Shown in pieces: positions 60,401 to 64,000 of a stretch of 64,000 bases of DNA. The notes below the pieces were generated by a model. That model saw only the letters and a program-made list of their open reading frames with translations, was not told the DNA's origin and did no database searches. Every line of letters starts with the position of its first letter. Position 1 is the first letter of the stretch. The DNA comes from Oculina patagonica (Eukaryota). The position numbers were made by a program, and so were the translations under genes. The stretch spans positions 46,314,001 to 46,378,000 of the forward strand of contig NC_135759.1 in assembly GCF_052425735.1 (NCBI RefSeq), written 5' to 3'.

Positions 60401-63400
60401 CCCAAATATGGTAAAAAAAAAGTCCCTTACGCAGAACTTAAGATTTTCTCTGCCTATACACTCATACGCACACGGCTCTATGATTCTGCCGCCTCGACAG
60501 CCTCGCCTCTTGGCTCGGCTGTCTCGTTGGCAATTACTTAACATTATCTAATTGCTAAAAAGAGTATTCCATTCTACTTTTCCACGTTGAATTCCTGATT
60601 ATGTTTCTTTTATAGACCTTGGCAGTTTTGAGTTTATCATTATTCGCTTCTTCAAATTAATGAGTAGAATTCGGAAATACAAAACTTTAAACTCTATAGC
60701 GAAAACTTATTTGCAAAACTCTACTAAAATCCTTATTTGTAGGTTTAATCTGTTCCCAGTTTATGAAGCAAAAACGTGAGGTCACATCTAAATTGCAAAA
60801 TGTAAAAGTTTGACGCTCTTTAACCTTTAGGTTTTGAATACTTCAGACCGTGGTGGTGTTATTGATGACGCGTTTGAGCTAGCAAGGTAGGCTATATATT
60901 TGAAGACCATAACCATGTTATATTTGCCATTGGTGCAAAATACTCGTTTACTTATATGTTCATACACTTCGAAAGGAGTGGAAAGCTGAACTACACCAAG
61001 GCATTAGAAATGACGTCGTATCTGCAAGCCGAAGAAGACTATGTTCCCTGGCAAGCTGCTATTAAGAACTTCAACTTCATCAAGAGTCTTTTAACGCCGA
61101 CAAGACCTGCGTACAAATACTTGCAGGTTGGTTGTTGCTTCTGAAAGTTTTATCTAATTCGTTGCTCGTCAAAACAAGAAGGAAGCAGGATAAATGCAAA
61201 AATGTATTACACTACCTGCTAGTTTAGTGCTAAATACAAACTTACTTTTTAGAAATGTAGATGAGAATGTAAATGAGATAAGATGGCAGAACATGTTATG
61301 AGATGAGGTGACATCAATTTAATGACACATGGTGACGTGGAATTACATGTGACGAGATGAGATGATACGTTGTGACGAGAAAAGACGATATGATGTGATG
61401 AGATGAGATGATATGGTGTGATGAGATAGGATAAGATGATATGATGTAATTAGGCTTTTATAGATTGTGCTAGCATAATTTTTGGCATAATTGGAGCTAA
61501 AAAGCATGATTTGTGAAACGAGCACTGCCACGGCATAATTAGCAACTTTTAGCACTTTTTGGAGCATAAATTCATAAAATGTAGTAAATATGGTGTACTT
61601 TCTACAGAAATAAATGAAATTTAGGTAGTTTGTTCTTGCAATGCGTGTTTTAGCTATACAATTGTGATTGTTAAGTCGTTGGAGGCATTTTACAAACGGT
61701 TTAGAGATGCGAGCAGCTAATTTGGACAGCTGACGGCCGTGATAAACTGCCATAAACACAAATAAATTTACAACAACAGTTTATTTAAAAAACATCATAA
61801 TTTGGTGTCGTTATTGCGCACCTCTATGTATAGAATCTACGTCATTTTGTGAGCATAATTTCGGAAATCAGAAGCATAATTTGGGAATTCTGGCATAATT
61901 TTTGCATAATTTGGCAAAATTTTGAGCACTGCTAATAGCATAATATGCCACTTTTAGGAGCACAATCTATAAAAGCCTAGATGTAATGAGATGTGATGAT
62001 ATGATGTGATGAGATGATATGATGTGATGAGATGAGATGAGATGAGATGAGATGAAATGACATGATATGATGAGATAAGATGATATGATATGATGAAATG
62101 AGATGACAGTAATTTGATGAGACATGGTGACGTGGCATTATATGTGATGGGATGAGATGATATGGTGTGATGAGATAACTATAATAATAATAATAATAAC
62201 TTTATTATTTCTATAGCGCAAAAATCCATGCATATATCATCTAATGCGCTTTACAACAAAAATTTACTTATAAAATTATTCATATCTATGTTAATCTATG
62301 TTAAAAACACTAAGAACACAAATTATATGCTAATTTAAAAAAATGAGTTTTTAGCTGTGACTTAAAACTTTTTAAATTGTCCAAAGCTCTCAGATCATCT
62401 GGGAGGGCGTTCCACAAAGTTGGTGCAGCGGCAAGGAAGGCCCTGTCTCCTGTTGTCTTCTTCATTTTGCATGGCTGATCGATCAGAAAGTGCTTTGTAA
62501 GATAAGATGATATGACGTGATGAGATGAGATGAGATGATATGATGTGATGAAATAAGATGATATGATGTGATGAGATGAGATGATATGATGAGATGAAAT
62601 AAGATGATATGATGTGATGAAATAAGATGATATGATGGGATGAGACGAGATGAGATGCGATGGTATGATGAGATGAGATGAGATGATATGATGAGATGAG
62701 ATGAGATGAGATGATATGATGTGATGAAATAAGATGATATGATGCGATGAGATGCGATGATATGATGTGATGAGATGAGATGATGTGATGAGATGAGATA
62801 AGATAATGTGATGAAATAAGATGTATGATGTTATGGGATGACAGTAAATTGATATGATATAGTATGATGAGATAAGATGATATGATGTGATGAGATGAGA
62901 TGATGAGATGGTATGATGAGATGAGATAATGTTACATGTCATGTGTTGTAATGGGAGAAGTGATAGGGTTACGTGATATTATATGTGATGATATGAGATG
63001 ATATAATGTGATAAGATGAAATGATATGGTGTGATGAGATAAGCTGACAGTAATTTGATGAGACAAAGTGACGTAGCATTATACGGGGTAGTAATGAGAT
63101 GATGTTACAAGTGATGTGTTGTAATGAGAGAGGTGAAAAGATGAGGTGACATTATATGTGATGAGATTAGATGATATGGTGTGATGAGATGATATGATGC
63201 GATGAGATGAGATGATATGATGTGATGTGATGAGATGAGGTGACATTAATTTGAAGAGACATGGTGACGTGCGCTGCGCTGCGGATGTGATGCGATATGT
63301 TAAGAGGAACGATGTGATGTGATGACATTACATGACATGAGATGACATTGAATTAAATGTGATTTGATGAGATAAGATGAGATATCTCTAGCATTATAAT

Positions 63401-63899
63401 ACCTACTGTGGCGCGTCCATGATGGTCATAGTTTACGTTTGGCCTTATAAAACCAAAAAACTGCCCGCATTCACAGTTTATCAGGACAATTAGTCAATCA
63501 CTTTCAATCTTACCTTACCTAATCGCAGATGGTTTTCAAACGTTCAACCTACTCTCAAAAATACTTTTATAAACCAACAGAAGTACCTTTTCTATCAAGC
63601 CGAACCTCACTATCAGAGGCTTGGTTTTAAGGATCAAGGCTCTCATCTAGAAACGTAAGCACACTAACATTTAATCTTTATTGTCTGAATTCAATTGATT
63701 TACGGTAAAATGCTAGTGAAATGCAAAATGGAAATACTTATCAGAAATACATTTGCCTCCATATGTCTTTCTGGCTTCATCTTGTCAGATTTTTGCGGCC
63801 AGCTATCTTGGAAATTGTTTGTGATGCAAGGGAGTCATCCTGCTTGTCAAATGCTTCTAAATACTTCAACGATTGGATGAAGGAACCAGTTAATAACCA
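45450..63899 (+). CDS. Type II membrane M1-family zinc aminopeptidase (APN/APA/TRHDE group); 3'-incomplete
   Basis: Exons 45450-45669 (signal anchor [20 protein letters not shown]), 48133-48393 ([12 protein letters not shown]), 50109-50286, 50480-50753 ([18 protein letters not shown]), 51547-51667, 51991-52145 (GAMEN, HELAH), 52573-52686 (WLNEG), 52771-52905 (FDSITYEK), 54221-54286, 54431-54496, 55266-55447, 55728-55810, 55972-56096, 60831-60886, 60976-61126, 63581-63654, 63789-63899. Confidence 0.95.
46868..47712. mobile_element. Helentron/HINE-like non-autonomous rolling-circle element
   Basis: Starts in a T-run with ttgcgggcc...ggcccgcaa inverted pair; ggcccgca recurs near the other end, which finishes ctagt|tt; no TSD. 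Confidence 0.55.
48766..48941. mobile_element. PIF/Harbinger-type palindromic MITE
   Basis: ggtggatttccactgacgc ... gcgtcagtggaaatccacc with TAA on both sides. Confidence 0.75.
49395..49842. mobile_element. Kolobok-type MITE
   Basis: ttaa|ggtcattgccc ... gggcaatgacc|ttaa. Confidence 0.75.
52996..53172. other. Assembly gap
   Basis: Run of N inside an aminopeptidase intron. Confidence 1.
53444..53522. repeat. (TACAA)n microsatellite, followed by an L2-type LINE 3' fragment
   Basis: Pure pentamer run; downstream [14 protein letters not shown] matches L2 ORF2 C-terminus. Confidence 0.9.
54916..55198. mobile_element. MITE
   Basis: TIR gagcagttttcaattgagtgtcg ... cgacactcaagtgaaaaccgctc with TA-containing flanks; internal ccaatca/tgattgg repeats. 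Confidence 0.8.
56270..57270 (+). mobile_element. Degenerate Hero/NeSL (R2-group) non-LTR retrotransposon remnant
   Basis: Fragments [23 protein letters not shown] and [17 protein letters not shown] in the expected order. Confidence 0.6.
57270..57882 (+). mobile_element. Internally deleted RTE-type LINE
   Basis: APE N-terminus MTRMN...[11 protein letters not shown]...ILGVSE...RWTGSG...HHEGV joined directly to C-terminus [22 protein letters not shown]...[14 protein letters not shown], then a (gtga)n tail at 57871-57882. Confidence 0.75.
58016..58313 (-). mobile_element. tRNA-derived SINE
   Basis: Minus strand gggagcagggatg...agtggtgagagc (A box) ...gggttcgattccc (B box), central tgtgggttgagtttgttgttgg core and (ttta)n tail; a partial copy lies at about 51300-51415. 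Confidence 0.8.
61250..63390. repeat. Degenerate (ATGAG/ATGAT/ATGTG)n pentamer satellite with TE insertions
   Basis: About 2 kb array inside aminopeptidase intron 15; an L2 3' end (minus, [18 protein letters not shown]...LKTHFF) at about 62180-62500. Confidence 0.9.
61451..61979. mobile_element. hAT-type MITE
   Basis: TIR taggcttttatagattgtgct ... agcacaatctataaaagccta; 8-bp TSD gatgtaat (61443-61450, 61980-61987). Confidence 0.88.
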
Positions 63900-64000
63900 G
63901 TGAGTTATTTAACATTAATTTATTGTATCTCGATGTAGGCAAACGATAAATCCTTTTCGAATGTTTTCAATTCGAGGAAAAGTGTTGTTATAGCCACACG

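Noticed and set aside
62310-62942. 210-aa His/Ile/Ser-rich ORF
   Set aside because: Antisense translation of the pentamer satellite fused to an L2 ORF2 tail.

Overview
Eukaryotic, AT-rich, intron-containing and TE-dense DNA. The gene set and repeat families suggest an anthozoan, probably a scleractinian coral (inference). Left to right: the last coding exon of an EF-hand-like gene (115-218,+); a cluster of five secreted, GPI-anchor-type Ly6/uPAR (three-finger) genes (1781-18128) that all have 12 cysteines, with a decayed cytochrome P450 pseudogene and a Penelope-like element inside the cluster; mitochondrial thioredoxin (minus strand, unusual WCTPC site) head-to-head with a TEX33/CIMIP4-like gene; a palindromic Penelope remnant with minimal hammerhead ribozymes; BAP18/C17orf49 (minus strand), whose 9.3-kb intron holds a deleted Ty3/gypsy element and nested DNA transposons; and the first 17 coding exons of a type II membrane M1 aminopeptidase (45450 to window end,+) with a GC-AG first intron and a TRHDE-like TQFSP motif. 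There are two assembly gaps (17411-17540, 52996-53172). All gene models were built by hand from splice signals and reading frame; family assignments come from recalled motifs, not database searches.
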